64,000 nt of DNA, taken from assembly GCF_003704095.1 (NCBI RefSeq), contig NW_020847248.1, positions 1,364,001 through 1,428,000 on the forward strand. The letters are read 5' to 3'. The notes under the pieces are model-generated. The model worked only from the letters and a program-made list of their open reading frames with translations, ran no database searches and was not told the origin of the DNA. Of the stretch, positions 62,001 to 64,000 are shown in pieces. Within the stretch, counting starts at the first letter, position 1; every line of letters starts with the position of its first letter. The translations under genes were made by a program, and so were the position numbers. The stretch comes from Pocillopora damicornis (lineage: Eukaryota).

Positions 62001-63884
62001 GGGTGATCTTGTAGACAGGAAAGTGAAAAAGAGGCAGGGTTTGGTCCAGATGGAATTATTTGGTCAGAGTTCCAAACATCTACTTTTCCAAAGTCTTCTT
62101 GGTGGTTTGCCTGCTTTTACCAGTTTAACATTGTTAACCAACTAATGTAATCAATAAAAAATTGTCAAATATTTGCAAAAAAATACTTTTTGTCTGGTAA
62201 GACACAGGGTTTTATATTGGCCAAGAGAATCTTGAATACTTTTGGCAATTTTTAAGCAAACTTGTTGAGCATTGATCCCAGTCTAAGTCCTGTTGAAAAT
62301 TCTGCAAATTCAAGATATTAGCAGTCTGGCCCTCTATCACAGGAGGATTCCCAGCCACACATTCACCTGTTACAATCTATACAATAAGAATTGTCACATG
62401 GTAATTTTCTTATTTGCCTGCTGACACCGCACAACAGTTTCCTTAGATATTCATAATTTCCTGTAGTGGATGGCTATCAAGGAGACACTAAGGAGAAATA
62501 ATTCCCATCTATTTGAACTAAAAAAGCACAGAAAGTCATTCGGCACTCAGCTTTAAAATACTCTTTTCTATTTGCAACACGATGGTAACTCATTTGAATT
62601 TGTATACAGGACTCAGCGTCGTGGCATGCATGATCTAAAGGTGTGGCCTGGAGTAGAAGCTGATGGCCAGAGGCCAACCTCCACTCCAGGAAAGTCTACT
62701 ACTGGTGAAGATCAAATGAGCAGGCTAGCTAAGGTAATTATTGAGAGGTGATTTGAAGAGATTAATTAAAAGTGTTTGTTTTGACACATTGCCATATGCT
62801 TGCCTTTGGCAAATCACTATAATTATAATATTTTATTCAACCTCATTCACTAAGGATTATCAAATTTGTTATCACTACTTTAATCCAACAATCCAAGTAT
62901 CAGAGTCCCAACCCTTTAACTCCTAAGAGTGACTATTATCTAATTTCTCCTCACAATATCACCCTTGAATCGCACATATAGGTTATGAGAATAAAAGTAA
63001 GGAAGCTCTTGATTGTTAGACAAATTCTCCTAGTCAGTACCTTAAAAAATGTGCGGAGAACAGCATGGAGAATATGCATACTGACCTTAGGGTGTAAAGG
63101 GTTAAGGCTATGGCTTCTAGGTAGTCAGTCTCATTAAAACGTCTTTGTAATTTTTCCTCTTCTCTTCACTTGGCAATAGCTAAGTAAGAAACATCACAAG
63201 GGTCGAATGCTCAAGGTGGATTGGTTGGACCGCCTCACTTTCAGAGAAATTGAAATGGTGAATGAGGTGAGATTTTCCCTAGTAAGGAATCTCTACTTTG
63301 TAGCTTTATTTTCAAAGCCTATCACTGAATTGGAAAGTTTTCCTTTTACACATAAATGTGTAAGAGTAATTGGCATCTAATTTCTCCCTACAGTATAACT
63401 GTTGAATCAAACATTAAGGTCATGTGAATAAAGGAAATGATCACAAACTAAGGAAGCTCTTGATTGTTAAACAAATTCTCCATGCTGGCACCATAGAAAA
63501 TATATGGAGAACAGTATGGAGAATATGCATACTGATGTTAGGGCGTAAAGGATGGATTAAATAAGTGGGATAACAAGATCACTTTAAAATGACTTCTATA
63601 TTTCAACAAACTCACTCTTAGAGAGAAACTGGTAGGATCAAATATCAGAAACTAATTTCACATCTGTATAAGTGGGATTTGAATTCTGTTATTTGCTTAA
63701 ACATTCAAGGTTATTGTAGGTCCATGTTACATGATTGTTTTTTTTTTAATACAAATAGTAAAAAATTCTTGGTTTTGTTTCTTTGCAGAGGGAAAAGCGA
63801 AACTCCAATTTTATGTTTCTAATGATCAAGTTTCCTCGGATCCACTCTGATGGCTTAGAGTATTCTGTGGTTCATTTTGAAAAG
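59001..63884 (+). CDS. PIK3C3: Phosphatidylinositol 3-kinase class III catalytic subunit VPS34, 5' part (C2 domain); exons 59001-59080, 60048-60134, 61131-61232, 61813-61956, 62610-62733, 63180-63266, 63789-63884; continues beyond the window
   Basis: [25 protein letters not shown]...[42 protein letters not shown]...[21 protein letters not shown]...GMHDLKVWP...DQMSRLAKL...[17 protein letters not shown]; matches the VPS34 N-terminus closely. Confidence 0.96.
59287..59402. repeat. Short foldback element with 23-bp perfect inverted arms (PIK3C3 intron 1)
   Basis: AAAATTTCCGCACAGCCCCATAC ... GTATGGGGCTGTGCGGAAATTTT. Confidence 0.8.
60297..61024. mobile_element. MITE family A (60297-60504, reverse) and family B (60815-61024) in PIK3C3 intron 2
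   Basis: Similar to 32207-32414 and 44333-44751. Confidence 0.7.
62909..63552 (-). mobile_element. Two MITE family B copies (62909-63104, ~63350-63552) flanking PIK3C3 exon 6
   Basis: Both end GGAGAATATGCATACTGA..TTAGGG.GTAAAGG. Confidence 0.65.
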
Positions 63885-64000
63885 GTGATTGGTTGACTGT
63901 CATCCCTATTGTAACCAATAAATTAATAACTTGAAAATGCATATTAAATATATTTACTCTTACACATTCATAATACAAACAGACTAGGGCCACATCACAT

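Overview
Eukaryotic, intron-rich, AT-rich animal DNA. The repeat families and gene structures look anthozoan, probably a stony coral (inference). Left to right: (1) 1-19039, a tandem array of CLN3/battenin (BTN1-like) membrane-protein genes with four coding copies (three on -, one on +) and an exon-1 pseudogene, plus a 100-N assembly gap. (2) ~19.6-22.3 kb, a decayed composite element with two inverted paralogous mini-ORFs flanking a ~47-bp satellite and a disrupted 'FFIGNG' ORF. (3) An intronless orphan class A GPCR. (4) A repeat-rich spacer. (5) A 14-coding-exon, ~1855-aa SARA/endofin (ZFYVE9/16)-family FYVE gene on -. (6) A two-exon gene for a secreted ~516-aa protein made of four Trp/His-rich ~120-aa repeats that I cannot assign to a named family. 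(7) ZCCHC9 (-) head-to-head with the 5' seven exons of PIK3C3/VPS34 (+). Interspersed repeats include TTAA-targeting MITEs, tRNA-derived SINEs and Penelope-like remnants with hammerhead-ribozyme-like cores. Exon boundaries were derived by hand from GT/AG sites and frame continuity. Family assignments come from recalled motifs, not database searches.
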